64,000 nt of DNA from the human T2T-CHM13v2.0 reference genome, Homo sapiens (GCA_009914755.4 CP068257.2:27232001-27296000), one strand, 5' to 3'. Positions 27,767 to 43,035 are shown, numbered from the stretch's first letter. Notes: generated from the sequence alone by a model not told the origin. Numbers and translations are program-made.

Positions 27767-30722
27767 AATATTGATCACATGTTGAAATGATACTAGTTTG
27801 GATATATTGGGTTAAATAAAATATATTACTAATTTTAATTTTAACTTGTTTTAACTTTATGAATGCTGTTACAGGAAAGCTTAAATTACATATATAAGTC
27901 ATATTTTATTTCTATTGGACAGTTGCTCTAAACAGATGAATTCTATGTAATGATGTAATTAATATAATGTAGGTTACTTATGTCAATTGATAGATTATTG
28001 ATTAATCATTAGACTGCTGCAGTTGAGAGAGTTAATGGATTTTATATATATTTATGCAGTTTAAAACTAGCATCTCCATTTTTTGTAGTCATATTTTGCC
28101 AGAGTCTGACCTCTACAAATCTCAAATTAAATTGTGGTGAGTTAAGTCAGACTTTGAAAAAAATATCTGGACGAATGCCTAAGGAATAGTGAGAAATCCT
28201 GTTGGCAGCTCAAAGGTGGCATTTTTGGATGGCGGGAGGTAGGGTTTTCTGTGGTGGGTGAAAGTGACCTTTGTGGATGTTTTGTTGCTTTTTTTTTTAA
28301 AGGAAGGAAAAGTAGTCCATACCTATGAAGACATTGTTACTATAAAAACCTTAATTTAGGTAATTTTTTTTGGTAAAATGAAAAACATATTTTTTCCTTT
28401 TAGTGTAGGAATACTTACAGGGAAGACACAGAATTAAAAAGAGGAGGCAGCTTGCTGGGATGAAAATCACCCAGTTGAAGACATTAGGAAAGACCTAAAC
28501 CTTGTGGCTTCATTAACACATGTGTGTCTGGTTAGGAATAGAATATGCTACCAATAGAATGATTAGGTTAGAGCTTCCTAGACCATTGGCAAACTAATTT
28601 TTTTTGGGGGGGGAACAAATTTATTTTGATTTTTCTGAAAATATCAGGAACTATGAAAAACAAGGTTGATATTTGGCTGTACCAAAAGCAAAGTACAAGT
28701 AAAAATAACATTTGAAAACCATGTTTAACCTTAGAGAAACATGTTTTAAAATACAAAGTTTAACATTCTTTTCTCTACAGATTTAAACAAGTTTTCTAAA
28801 CCACAAGACTGCAGGTTTTTTTTTTTAACTGACATAATTTTTTAGAAGAAAAAACTAAAGGGGAATAAAAAGCACTTACCTCCTACCCTGGAATCTCATT
28901 ATTTATAAAATAACATGCTCAAATATCAGTGAAAATAAACAGTTGATAAACCTGAAAAGTCTTTTAATGAGTTCAGGTTACAACCGAACGCAGGATTTTG
29001 TAGCTGGGAAAGAACAGCTTGTATAACAACCAAGCCTTACCAAATACAAATAGAGATAAAAGGCAATTAAAAGCAAATTATAAAATCAAAATATTTCCGT
29101 AGAGTGGCAGCCTTCACAAAGTAAAAACAACTTCGTTCCACAGAATTGTATGTTCTGTAGGCATATGGTCAATTCTTTTCCGAGTCCTTTTGTCTTGCAC
29201 TATCAAAATAAAAGAATCTTTGTCTTGGAGCAAGTCTGCTAAAGAAGGCACCAAAATTCTATCCTCCCTATTCCCCTAAATAATATTAATAAACCTCTTA
29301 TCAATCCTTTCAAGGTAACTTCAACGCCATTAAGAATTAATATTCTAAATATGTAAAGCTATAGAAGGAAGGTCCTGCCTATTCTCTTTGCCCCTCTCAA
29401 ATCATTCTAGTCTGGTTTACCAAACAGAACCACTAGCTAAGAGGATAGAAATATGTTCCCGTGTTCACTAGCCATTAAATAAACATAGCCACTTGTGCAG
29501 GAAGCCTAACGTTTTTACTACTTCCTAACTTTTTAAAACTTAAGGATAAGCCCATTTCCACAAGCTAACTTTACAGCTCCTTAATATTCTTAATCTGGAT
29601 GGTTTACTTTGCAGACTTTGTTGGTGTCTGCCTTTTTCAATTATTTTACCCAAAAATAGGCCTTGAAAAAACTTTCAAATTCAGGAAACCCCTGCAGGGA
29701 ACCCTCATGGTGTGTGAGTGTGAGCACTAAGTTGAAGAATACTCTTATTTCACAGAAATGTAGGACTGTCAGACTAGGGCTGAGTTCATTCTCTTCCTTC
29801 AGAGACAAAATTTCAAGCTGAGCAGATTTGGAGAAAGGGTTCCCCATACAGTCATATACTAGTGCTGGGAAAAGGAGAGAAAATACTACTTAATTGTGTT
29901 TTGTGGTTCCTCCAGGTGGGTTATAGCAAGATTTGAGAGTTGTACTCTTCATTTTCAAGTCCAAGTGGCTGCAGAAACATTTCAATAATTCCCCTGGAAA
30001 GGTAGCAAATCAGTTTCCTTTTTGATCTAAGACTCTTGTCACTTTAAGAAAAAAAATTTTCTCCAGGACCTTTCAGAGACTTGTTCATTTGTTCATGTGA
30101 TGAAAATCGTCTGCTAAATCGGCTAGTTTCTGTAGCTATTTTTCATTTCCAAAGCATTCAGCAAAAGCTGGCTATTTTCTTGTAAGTACTCTGGCAATTC
30201 ACCTTTCAACTCAAAAGTCCTGTAGAGAACTCTTCCTCTGAAAAGCCACTGGATATCTGTATGGTACAGGAGGTTTATGCGCTGTTTGTCCAGGTTTTTG
30301 TTTTGGGTGTTTTTATTTTTTTAACATTTTTGCATAAATGGGTCTTTGATACAGGTAACCAGTTTTGTAGCATTATTCAGAATGTCATTGTATCTTCAAG
30401 TTTTTGATATCAGCATCTCTGTGAAGAAAGCAGTGTGCTATAGCGTCAACATCAGGATTTCTTTCTTCTTTTTTTTAATGATGCAAAATGACTTATGGAG
30501 ACAACCACTGATGGGGCACCAGGAGTGTAGATAACAGACCTCTGGTTATCAGATATGATATCACAACATTGTATATTGGCCTTTGTTTTGGCAGGCTCCT
30601 AGCAATAGAAAAAGTTTTCTTTGAATTTCATCACTTACAAATCTTACAAATGCTACAGCATGACAAATATTAGTGAAACCCGTTGACTCATCATCCTGGA
30701 TAGAGAAGCTGCTGCTTTTCTC

Positions 30723-31007
30723 TTTTTTTGAGACGGAGTCTTGCTCTGTCATCAGGCTGGAGCACAGTGGCGTATCTCAGCTCACTGCAACCTCCGCCTC
30801 CTGGGTTCAAGCAGTTCTCCTGCCTCAGCCTCCCGAGTAGCTGCGACTACAGGCACACGCCACCACGCCCAGCTAATTTTTGTATTTTTAGTAGAGACAG
30901 GGTTTCACCATGTTGGCCAGGATGGTCTCCATCTCTTGACCTTGTGATCCTCCTGCCTCGGCCTCCCAAATTGCTGGGATTACAGGCGTGAGCCACTGCA
31001 CCCGGCC
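30723..31007 (-). mobile_element. Alu SINE (antisense)
   Basis: tttttgagacggagtcttgctctgtcatcaggctggagcacagtggcg...aattgctgggattacaggcgtgagccactgcacccggcc. Confidence 0.9.
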
Positions 31008-31632
31008 TGAAGTTGCTGCTCTTCAGTTAATGACACAAAACCTTTGTAGCATCGTATGAGATATCATCAGTAAATCAACTTACTGAGAATAAAGTCTTTT
31101 CAATTTTGTACTGCATCCTGCCCCAGCATTTTAATGTTATTAGATTCTCATCAACTATGCATATTTTTCTTTCCTGAGATAAGTTCTGCTAGTAAATAAT
31201 TTGCTTTCAAAACATTTTGACTAAACGTGATTTTTGAACAGAAGCCGTACTGTTTTGATGGTCCAAAAGCCAACTGAAGATAATGAATATCCTTTCTTGT
31301 CAAGTGCCTGTGATTTATAGTTACAATTTTTAGTTTTGTAAGTTGCATGCCACAGACAATGCACAGTGGGACAGGACAGCTTGGACTGAGTCCATATTAA
31401 ACCCTTAAGGAGCAGCTTTCATTATAAAGACAGAATCTCTTTGTGTCCCTTGTTGTACTAGAATACTGAAGTATACTCAGAAGACCAAAATTCTTCATCA
31501 CCAACCTTTTCAGAAATGTCTGTAGCTCTGTGCCTAAAATGCCTCTCTTCTTTCTCACATCTTACCTTCCAAAATTGCAGCACTGAACTGTCAGCTTTGT
31601 TACACACAAATGTTAATATAATATAAAAACAG

Positions 31633-32057
<425 letters not shown>

Positions 32058-32734
32058 TTACAACAAAGTGGCAGGGGGACAGCTGAGCTGTGGCATGTAA
32101 ACCTCCTTCCTTCAAATGAAAACTCCCCTCTGATTTCCTACTTTACAGTCAGTTCACTACAGTAAGTCAGCTGGCACCACATAAGAGGAGCCTGGGAGAG
32201 GCCAACGTCCCCCTCTCCTCCCATCCTCCCCTCTTTGCAATAGTGTGGCACATGGGTCTGCCTCTACATAATACCATAAGGGCTGAAAGTTCCCTAACAA
32301 AATGATTAACAGGGCTGTGCAATCATTGTTCACTACTGCGAGAATAGCATAATGCAGCACACAAATAAAAAACTGTTTTTAGTCACAATTTAAGGTGGAA
32401 CCCCAGCAACATCTCATAGAGACCCAGTTGAGAAACCCACCTCCAGCACGAAATGGCCTCCTATGACAGATCATTTTCATTTGATTTGGACCCTTCTGTG
32501 GCTTGACTTGCAAGTTCAGGTTTGGCTCCTCCCTCATTTATCACCTGCGGATTAGACGTTCTTTTCCGCCCTAGCTCTTCAGTATTCTCTGGTACCTGCT
32601 GGTTATTTTTCCCTTCTGCTGTATTGTTTTGATCTGATTTGTCAGCAGCTTCCAGTTTACCTTCCTTCCCATTTCTCTGCTTTGAATTAAGCTGTGATGG
32701 ACCCTTAGAGCTCTTTATCACCTCCTGGAGATTG

Positions 32735-33047
32735 AATTTTTTTTTTTCCTTTTTTTTTTTCCTAATGCTCTGTTGCCAGGCTGGAGTGCAATGGCACCAT
32801 CTCACCATCTCAGCTCACTGCAACCTCCGCCTCCGGGTTCAAGCGATTCTCCTGCCTCAGCCTCCTCCTGAAGAGGTGGAACTACAGGCCCACACCACCA
32901 CCTCCAGCTAATTTTTGTATTTTTAGTGGAGATGGGGTTTCACCCTGTTGCCCAGGATGGTCTTGATCTCTTGGCCTCATGATCTGCCTGCCTCCTTGGC
33001 CTCCCGAAGTGCTGGGATTACAGGCATGAGCCTCCACGCCCAGTCGG
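32735..33047 (-). mobile_element. Alu SINE (antisense) inserted inside the THUMPD1 pseudogene
   Basis: poly-T + cctaatgctctgttgccaggctggagtgcaatggcaccatctcaccatctcagctcactgcaacc...gaagtgctgggattacaggcatgagcctccacgcccagtc. Separates pseudogene segments 32461-32808 and 33058-33240. Confidence 0.9.
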
Positions 33048-33221
33048 AAACTATTTTCTAAACTACATGTAATCTTTCAGGACACTCAGGCAACATAATT
33101 TCTACTATCACCGTGTACTGTGGATTGCTGAGAGCCACTTTACTTTCTGAATTGAGGGTGCACACTATTCCTGCCAATTTTTTGATAACTTCTCTATTCA
33201 TGTGACTGTGTCCGCAGTTGG

Positions 33222-33776
33222 TTCCTTTCAGTGGGTTCATAGTCTCACTGACTTAAAGAATGAAGACATGGACCTTCGCGGTAAGTGTTACAGCCCTTAA
33301 AGGTGGCACAGACCCAAAGAGTGAGCAGCAGCAAGATTTGTTGTGAAGTGCAAAAGAACAAAGCTTCCACAGCATGTAAGGGTACCAAGCAGGTTGCCGC
33401 TGCTGGTTGGGGGTGGCCAGCTTTTATTCCCTTATTTGTCCCCGCCCATGTCCTATTTCTGCCCTATCAGAATGCCCTTTTCTCAATCCTCCCTGTGATT
33501 GGTTACTTTTAGAATCCTGCTGATTTGTCCATTTTACAGAGGCTGATTGGTCCATTTTACAGAGCTCTGATTGGTCCATTTTACAAACCTCATGCTAGCT
33601 ACAGAGCACTGATTGATGCATTTTTACAGAGTGCTGATTGGTGCATTTTACAAACCTCTTGCTAGCTACAGAGCGCTGATTGGTGCATTTTACAATCCCC
33701 TTATAAGACAGAACAGTTCTCCAAGTCCCCACTCCACCAGGAAGTCCAGCTGGCTTCACCTCTCATGACTGCTATT
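33222..33776 (+). mobile_element. LTR12-family (HERV-9 type) LTR fragment with tandem CCAAT-box repeats, inserted inside the THUMPD1 pseudogene
   Basis: ggttcctttcagtgggttcatagtctcactgacttaaagaatgaagacatggaccttcgcggtaagtgttacagccc...gagtgagcagcagcaagatttgttgtgaagtgcaaaagaacaaagcttccacagc...gccagcttttattcccttatttgtccccgcccatgtcc, then six copies of ctgattggtccattttacagag / ctgattggtgcattttacaaacc (33500-33720), then ...gttctccaagtccccac. This is the U3 enhancer-repeat architecture of LTR12. Confidence 0.75.
33500..33720 (+). repeat. Tandem 20-40-bp ATTGG (CCAAT-box)-containing repeats within the LTR12 fragment
   Basis: gctgattggtccattttacagag x3, then cactgattgatgcatttttacagagtgctgattggtgcattttacaaacc... 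Each unit carries an inverted CCAAT box. Confidence 0.9.
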
Positions 33777-34958
33777 TCAAGATTTGTACACAATCTGAAA
33801 TGTCCCTTTGTTTGGAGCTTTAAACCAGGGTTCCAAAAATGTTTCTGCATATTTTTTCATATCTTTTAAAAAAGCTTTGCATGTGCCTGAGATGGGTAAC
33901 ATTCGTAGAATAACTTGAGTCTTCTTGGTTTTGTACTCATCCTGGAGAATATGATGCACCAGTTTCTCAGGTTCTTTCCCAAGTGTCCTGATGAAGGCGA
34001 CGTTATTTGCTCCACTTTCCACTGACTGGAATCCTCTTAGGCTCATCTCTGTAGATGCCTCAATGTCACCAACTTCTTTCTTCAAGACAGCCTCCACATC
34101 ATCATCTTCTCCCTCACTTCCAGAGGGCTGCTGATCCTTGTCTGTAAACTTTTCTGGCCCATACATGTCATCGCCATATTCGTTGAGCAGGGTGTAAGCC
34201 TCCTCCACACACTTGGCGCTGGTTCATGTTGCAGGTGATGAGGATGCCCATAGCCCGGGCTCTGGCTGACTGGGCCCGCCAGATTCGCAGTGCCGAGCTC
34301 GCTTGACCAGCACATACTGAGCCTTGCCTCTGTGCTTCCCGCCGCCAGGCTGAGGAGGCTGCTGGGCAGCAGCCGCCATGATGTGTGCAAGCTGAGAGGA
34401 AAGAGAAACGTTTCTCCACTGCAGTTGGCGTCCTCACCTCCCGGCGAACTTCTCCACGGTTTACGGGTGTGAATAGAAGAAGTATGATGGCTTCAACATT
34501 TGGCATACATATGCCTTTTTACCTGCAGACCATGAGTAGTTTTGAATCACTTCAGTGTTTTTTGTCTTCTCACAGAGTCTTCATGGACACATCTTTCTCT
34601 TTCCGAAGAAACAAATTTCTTTTGAAATCCTGTTAGTGTTTCATGAAGGCATCTAGCTAGTGCAGCTTCCTGGACCAGAGTTATGTTTGTATGATCAAGA
34701 AATCTTAGGAAACTAAACAGGATCCGAAAGCAATTATGTTTTGTGTGGCGACCACCTTAGAGTTCAGTGTGGAAAAAAACATATATGTATATTAGGCGTG
34801 TGTATATACGTATGCAAAGCAAAGTGATGTATATTTGGCAAAAGACAAAACATTTGCCTTCTGGGCACTCCATACCATTTTGCGAATGCTAAATATCACC
34901 TAGGACATGAGGCTCATGGTTTGACACTCAGCATGAAAAAATATATATTAAGAAAATT

Positions 34959-35270
34959 TAGGCTGGGCGTGGTGGTTTACAACTGTAATATTAGCACTTT
35001 GGGAGATTGAGATGGGCGAGGCTAGAGGCAAGCAGTTCAAGACCAGCCTGGCCAACATGGCGAAACCCTGTCTCTACTAAAACTGCAAAAATGAGCTGGG
35101 TGTGGTAGTGCATGCCTGCAATCCCAACTACTTGGGAGGCTGAGGTAGGAGGATTACTTGAGCCCAGGAGACAAAAGGGTTCAGTGAGCTGAGATGGTGC
35201 CACTGCACTCTAGCCTGGGAGATAGAGCAAGACTTTGTCTCCAAAAAAAGAAAAGAAAAAGAAAAACAGA
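34959..35270 (+). mobile_element. Alu SINE (sense, diverged) with A-rich tail
   Basis: ggctgggcgtggtggtttacaactgtaatattagcactttgggagattgagatgggcgaggctagagg...ctagcctgggagatagagcaagactttgtctccaaaaaaagaaaagaaaaagaaaaacag. Confidence 0.88.
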
Positions 35271-37709
35271 AAATTTGCACAAACTTTATAATTTCAATAA
35301 GTAAATAAGTGGCATAAATGATTATTAGTGGAAGGATTTCTCTTTAAATTACTTGGATCATCCCTCCCCCCACCCATCACCAGTTTTTTACTTTATTTTG
35401 TAGGGGCTGCCACGCTCATCTAGGGGCTGCATCTACTAATTGATGTAAGTATTGACCACTTGCGGTGTTTTAATGAAATAGTAACCTCTGAAAAGTTTCC
35501 CCACTTCCTGACAAATCCGTGTACACTTATCATTGTGGTATAAGTGTACCACATGCACCAGAATCTGGTGCATGTGTTTATCTCAAATCCAGGACTGTTT
35601 TTATGTTTACAGACCATGCACTGCAAGTCTAAGTGTTCTCAGGTAAAGCTGTCAAGGCAGGAGGCTGAGTGAGGACACACCAGCTTTACCTGCCTTGGGG
35701 CACTCCTGGGATTGATTGGTTTCCCCAGAGCCATAAAATTTTTTATTATTCTTCTGCATATATCAGGCCACGGAACTGTGTGGCCTTCTGGGACTTCTGC
35801 TGCTTGTAAAATGGCACAACATTTTTGTTGGCTGAAGTGCAGGGTGAGAATTGCTCATCACCCTTGCAGAGCAACTGGAGACCTCTTTTAGGGTCATTGG
35901 TTAACCTGCACCAGAGGGCAGTTAATGAGCCAATGAAGGAAATGCTAACATTAAATTAAATATGTGAAGAAGGATTCCTCCAGGCATCAGATGAGCTAGA
36001 TGGGGTAGGAACATTGAGAGTGAAAATCTGGGAAATAACCAAGTGCTTTGTTCTTTTCTAAGGCATGCAGAACTCATTACTGTTGATGGAAGCAAAAACA
36101 ACAAGGCTGAGTGCCTTGACTAAGTCAGAGGTTAGAAACCCTCTGGCTCAACTTTATTGGCCAATCTTCATTAGGTGAGCAAAGAAGCCTCTAAAGAGAA
36201 GAAGCTTGTTTGCCCTACTGGAAGAGCAGTCATTGCTTTTATAAATAATCAATACCACATATCTTTACATAGAGTTTCATCATACTTAAAATATTTCAGC
36301 TTCTTCCTGGTGTAGAAGTTATAGATGGATTAAAACCAAATGCTTAAAATTCACCCCCCAGAGAATAGGGAATTGGTCTTAGAAAATGGTAGTCTTTGAG
36401 CTGAGAGGTAAGTTGCATACTAGATATCTCTTACTGGAAAGTCCTACTGAATTCTTCTGACCTAAATGAGTACGATTGAGCCAATTGCAGTAGCAAAAAG
36501 AATTTCAGATGGTATAATGCAGCAATTATATATAAATCAGGCCTTGGAACTGACAGACCAGGTGCCAAATCCCTACTAATTTCAGTGTTATTTAACAGAG
36601 TAGAATTACAGTATATAGTTTAACAAAATAGTTGTACAGAGCTTTATTCAGTTCTTTTGGTTTTAAAGAATAGAGAGTCACCTGTTCCAACAATTAAAAG
36701 AATTTTAATGTATCAGTATGATATATATGTATAGATAAATGCACACACACACACATATATATATATTTGAGAAAGATCATCTCTTAGAAATCCAAGAACA
36801 GGATTTGTAATAGAATAATTTCTAGGGGAAGTGATTTGGAACCCAAGACAAGTCTGGGATCCTCAGAAGCAGAAGTCCATTAATTTCACTCTGAGTGCCC
36901 CATGTTAATGTGAAGACACTATGCATCTGTTGTCTTCTCTGTGCTCCCCTGTCCACCAAAGGGCTTGTGTTTTCTGTATTTCACAATTCAGGCTCTCGAA
37001 ACAGGCATTCTGGCCTGTTTGAGCACAGACTTATTGGCCAGGTCACATTTTAGCCCAACTGCTAGTTTATGGATTGGCTGGTGATGGGACAGACAGGCCT
37101 TTACTCCTAATCCAATTAAAGATGTTCATTAAGAAGGCTGCCCTTCATTGAGGGGAATGGGTGGACAACTTCCTTTTGCTAGGGTGTGACTGGCATAATG
37201 AATGATATGCCTGACAGTCCTTGAGAGTTGGTTATGGGTAAGTTAGTTCTGCATGCCATCTTACTTTCTGATTACACTTCTTCACAATCATTGGAACACA
37301 AGTGGAAAGAAGATAAAGATCCCCTTTATTTGAGAGCAAATCTTCTGAATATCCATTCAATGAAACTCAGATACCCTCTCTAGGTAAGACTTAACTTTGT
37401 AACCTATTCACCACAGAAATGTAAACATAAAAAAATTGTCCTATAGTTAAGTGACAGAGCAGAGTGAATCTTAAGCAGAAGGGTCAAGTAGGCAATGAGA
37501 TTTTTTTTGTCAGAGTCATTCTTTCTTTTCAAACCCAGAGCTATTTCATATACTAGCAAATTAAAGGCAGCTGTACTTTGGGAGGAAGAGGATGTGATTT
37601 AGTTGGCAGATAACCTTAAATCACACCTTTGCCCCATAGCCTATGGCCTTGGGTAAATAAATGAGCTTCTTTGAGCTTTAATCTCCTCAGTGTCAAATGT
37701 AACTATCTG

Positions 37710-38055
37710 CTATGGTCTGAATGTGTTCCCCCAAATTCATGTATTGAAAACTTAATCCCAAATGCAACAGTGCTGAAAGGTGAGTCCCTTTGGGAGGTGT
37801 TTAGGTCATGAGGGCTCTGCCTTTATAAATAGATTAATGCCATCAAACTAGGACTTGATGGAGGGAGTTAGTTTCTCTTGACCGTCTAACGTTCCCCATA
37901 TAAGGACACAGCAAAAAAGCCCTGCCAGACACCAAATGCTGGTGCCTTGATCTTGGATTCCCAGTCCCTAGAACTGTGAGAAAATAAAATTCTCTTCTTT
38001 ATAAATTACCCAGTTTCAGGTATTTTGTTGTACTAGAACAAAACAGACTAAGACA
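37710..38055 (+). mobile_element. MaLR-type LTR (MST/MLT-like), sense
   Basis: tgtgttcccccaaattcatgtattgaaaacttaatcccaaatgcaacagtgctgaaaggtgagtccctttgggaggtgtttaggtcatgagggc...ccagtccctagaactgtgagaaaataaaattctcttctttataaattacccagtttcaggtattttgttgtactagaacaaaacagactaagaca. Confidence 0.75.
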
Positions 38056-38399
38056 CTATCGTACAAAGTCGTTGTTCTAAACATTGTATGAAAGAGGTGG
38101 GTATATGATGGATAATTATTTCATAAGTACTTAAAAAAACAATGGAAGGGACACCTAAGAACTCTCATTTTACAGATGTGGGAACTGGGGCTTGAGAATT
38201 ATTTCCGTTGTTTAAGTTCAGTCAGCTTACTTAGTCAAAACTAGAACTCAGATCTCTTGACTTCCTAGGCCAGTGTTTTTTCAAGCTACCTCTAAGTTAT
38301 TCTACAATTCTAAAAACTTGCTCTTAAGACTATGGATGTAGGTAAAGTTATAGCTTCCAGTTGCCTACAATGAACTAGGGAAACTATTTTTATTATTAG

Positions 38400-38773
<374 letters not shown>

Positions 38774-38837
38774 TGAATAACTGTTAATAGCACAAATTAC
38801 TAACTGTCCTAGAGGAATGTGTTTTTGTTTGTTGTTG

Positions 38838-39127
<290 letters not shown>

Positions 39128-39887
39128 TTTGAGGAATGTGTTTTAATAGTAACCCAAGTCTTAAAGAAGTGAAACTCTTTAGCCAGGCACCCCTGAGCCT
39201 CCCTGGCCTCCCGCAGTCACCCTGGCCACATGGCTAACCTCCTGTAGCTCTAAGATCAAGGAGCCAATCCAAGGCTTCCAACTGGCAATCAAGCTCCAGA
39301 CTGAAAGGCCATGAAACACAAGTAACCTGAGCTCACCTGGCTGAGCATCATAGTCCAGAAATATTTTTCATGCCATGCACTTCTCCGCCACGCGAGCAAA
39401 GCGTGGCGCGGTGCAGTGGAAACTTTGTGTAATCCATCCTATTTTAAATTACCAAGGAGTTGAATTTTATGAAATATTAAAGGACTAGATTCTAGAAGAC
39501 CTTCATAGAATACAGATGGTTTGTTCACATAATTTTTTTCTTTGTGCAGGAGTGCAAGATTTTCCAAGCACGTCTTCCTTCTTCCACTTAGAATTCCTTC
39601 ACAGACTCTTGTTGTCTATTTTGTGTAAAGCACCATAGGAAATACAAAATGATATTTTATATGCTGTCTTTCCCCATAGAGCTTGTTTTCTGGTTGACAT
39701 ATGAATGGAGACTCCATGAGGTCTGGAACTTTGTCTGTTTTACCCACTGTTAGGATCTAGTGCCTAGAACAGCATCTTGCAGAGAAAAGGCACCCAAGGA
39801 ACATTTGTGGAATGCATAGATGAACATTAGTCATAACCAACAAACATTTATATGTCTAATATTTATTCCCCCCACCTCATTTTTTCT

Positions 39888-40322
<435 letters not shown>

Positions 40323-42544
40323 GCCCCCTAGTATTTTAAGTACAGTTGCTGCCTCATTTGATTCTCACAATTCCATGAGGTAGGAACTATTAATATTTCC
40401 ATTTTGAAGATGGGGAAACTGAGGCTTAGAAAGATTTAAGTAACTTTTCCAGTGTTCCCCAGTGGTGATCCTGGGATTTGTAGCAAAGTCAGCTGGCCCT
40501 GAAATCTGTTCTCTTGACCACTTTGTTCTGTTGCCTCTGCATACTAAGCTGTCTTCTCCCTCAGAGTAAAATACACTCTTTTCCTGTTTTTATAACCCAA
40601 ATCAAGAGGTGCTTATAATGGCCTCACATCTGTGATATAAACAACAACGGGCTGGAAAGTTTTGGAGAGTCTGAACCAGATGTGGGACTAACGCTGCCCT
40701 TGAGGGATAGGAAGGATTTGAACAGGTGAGAGGTAGAGCTCCTCTCACTTAGACTTCTGGGAGAAGATGGCTTGAAAATCCTCTCCATAATATTGTTATA
40801 TTATAATCTCATAAAATATTATAGTTATTGTCGTTCATCTTTAACCCAGCTTCATCATCTTAAACAGCTTGTGAGGGTGAGCATACAGACTTGTTCATAT
40901 TTCTACACAAGCTCAGCACATAGCATGGCACCTTCTCTTTGATTTGATTGAAATTGAATTATCATTGATGGTAAGCTGGATGGGCTTGGGAAAGTATTCT
41001 TGCCAAACCTTGAATTCCGATAAGCTTTTCTTTTTCATGTTTTTCTCCAGCCCTTCCTCTGCTTTTGAAGAAGTCCTAAAGAAAAAAAGAACACAACTCT
41101 TCATGTGAAATCATTTTTGACGTCTTTGGAGATTTCTCTAGGTTCTGGCCCAAGCCTGACTGTTGTTCTGTTCCACCTACATTCTTCCTACACTTGAGGG
41201 ATTTGAAAAAATGTACTTAATGATTTGGACTTATTTTAATTTTCTCTAACTTATTTATTTTCTCTGAGGTTAAGAACATTTTGTAAATTCACTAACCAAA
41301 GATATTTTGCACACGATGAAAGAGCTTTTAAAAAACATTGGATCGGAGTTAGCATATTTCCCCAAGGAAAGGAAATACACAAACTAGTCACATGATTGAT
41401 TGAAAAAAACAAAGCAAGAGAACTAAAATATCCTCCTGAACTAGTTCCTAAGGTACACTCTTTTTCCATTCTGACACAACAACTAGTCTGCACTGTTTGT
41501 TTTTTGAAGTGAAACTTTGGTGGGAAAATTTATAACCAAAATTTCTGTATATTTCACACTAACATTCTTTCTCTTGCCAGACATTTTGCTGTGAACTCAG
41601 GCATTTATCCCCATATGTTTTCCAGCCTGTTCAGGTGTTCATCTCTCTTGTTCTCAGTAAATACTAAATTTTCAAGTCAAGCTTCTGGAAAGGTAGTTTG
41701 GTCACCATGTTTTTGTAGAGAGTGATTATAATGCACATTTTCTTTCATTTGTTCATAATAATGAACACAAACCCCTGGTGTGAATTTCACTTTATTAGTA
41801 GAGTCTTTACAGTCTGAGGATCTGATATTAGTAAAGAAGTCAATTTTGAAAATGTTGGCTATCTGAAGAAGAGTGACAAATCATGAATGACCTAATTGAT
41901 ATTGACAAAGCTATTGAAATTGTTAAACTGACAGACCAAAATTGACAGATAGACCAAAATTGATAAATTGATAAACATATTTTTGAGCAGTGACTATATA
42001 TATGCAAAGCCAAACTTCCATTTGAAATTTGCTCTCTACTAAACAGAAGCAAAGATGTAGGGGCTTGGAGTAGGCACCTAGTTAGCGATATCATTCCTTA
42101 TTCCCGCCAGTAAATCACTGACAAGAATAAACTCTTCCCATCCGTTTCCTCTTTCTAACTTACTGTAACTGGGCAGTACTGTAACTGGACTGATCTCACA
42201 CCCAGATCAGTCAATTTTTATAACTGACATTTTCTAATGCATTCAGCTCCATTACCAGTGCCACCAACTATTACTTCTGATTTACTTTGGAATTAATTCA
42301 AACTTTTTTCTCCAGATTTCATCATGCTAAGAAACACTTCTCATGCCTGCAACACCTAGTATCTATTTCCGTAAGTCAAATTTAAAAATATTCATAGACT
42401 TATCTTTGCCCCAATGTCAGTAGCTGTCAGGGACTCAGGAGACTCTAAAGATTCATGAATAATAGTAGTAGAAGTAGCAATCGTAATAGTAAAAGTAGTA
42501 AAAATAGCAGAAATTATATTATTTACTGGATGCTTTCTACCCAG

Positions 42545-42700
42545 GCACTGTGCTAAGCACTTTATTTTCAGTTACGATTTCATTTTACAGAAGAAGAAAC
42601 CAAGGCTCAGAGAGGTGAAATAACCTTATACAGTCCAAGTGGTAGAGCCAGAAAATTCATTGTTTTTTAAAAGTTTAATAGAACTCACCAATGAAACCAT
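42545..42700 (-). repeat. MIR-containing segment; arm 1 of a local inverted duplication
   Basis: ctttattttcagttacgatttcattttacagaagaagaaaccaaggctcagagaggtgaaataaccttatacagtccaagtggtagagccagaaaattcattgtttt... carries the MIR core (antisense). About 93% identical to the reverse complement of 43215-43370. Confidence 0.7.
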
Positions 42701-42784
42701 CTGGGTGGGCTTTTTTTGAGAGGGGAAGTTTTTGACTATAATTTCAATTTCCCACTTTTAGTTGAATAGTTTGAAATTTTTTCT

Positions 42785-43035
42785 CTGGGCTTATTTATTT
42801 TTGAGATGGAGTCTCACATGGTTGCCCAGGCTGTAGTGCAGTGGTGTGATCTTGGCTAACTGCAACCTCCACCTACCGGGGTCGGGCGATTCTCCTGCCT
42901 CTTTTTGTATTTTTAGTAGAGGCAGAGTTTTGTCGTGTTGACCAGGCTGGTCGTGAACTCCTGACCTTAGGTGATCCACTGGCCTCTTCCTCCCAAAGTG
43001 CTGGAATTACAGGCGTGAGCCACTATGCCTGGCCA
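42785..43035 (-). mobile_element. Alu SINE (antisense, internally deleted)
   Basis: ttgagatggagtctcacatggttgcccaggctgtagtgcagtggtgtgatcttggctaactgcaacc...gtgctggaattacaggcgtgagccactatgcctggcc. Confidence 0.85.

Noticed and set aside
33500-33720. Regularly spaced ~20-40-bp repeats that could superficially resemble a CRISPR array
   Set aside because: Units are contiguous with no unique spacers and match the LTR12 U3 CCAAT-box tandem repeats, in a eukaryotic context.
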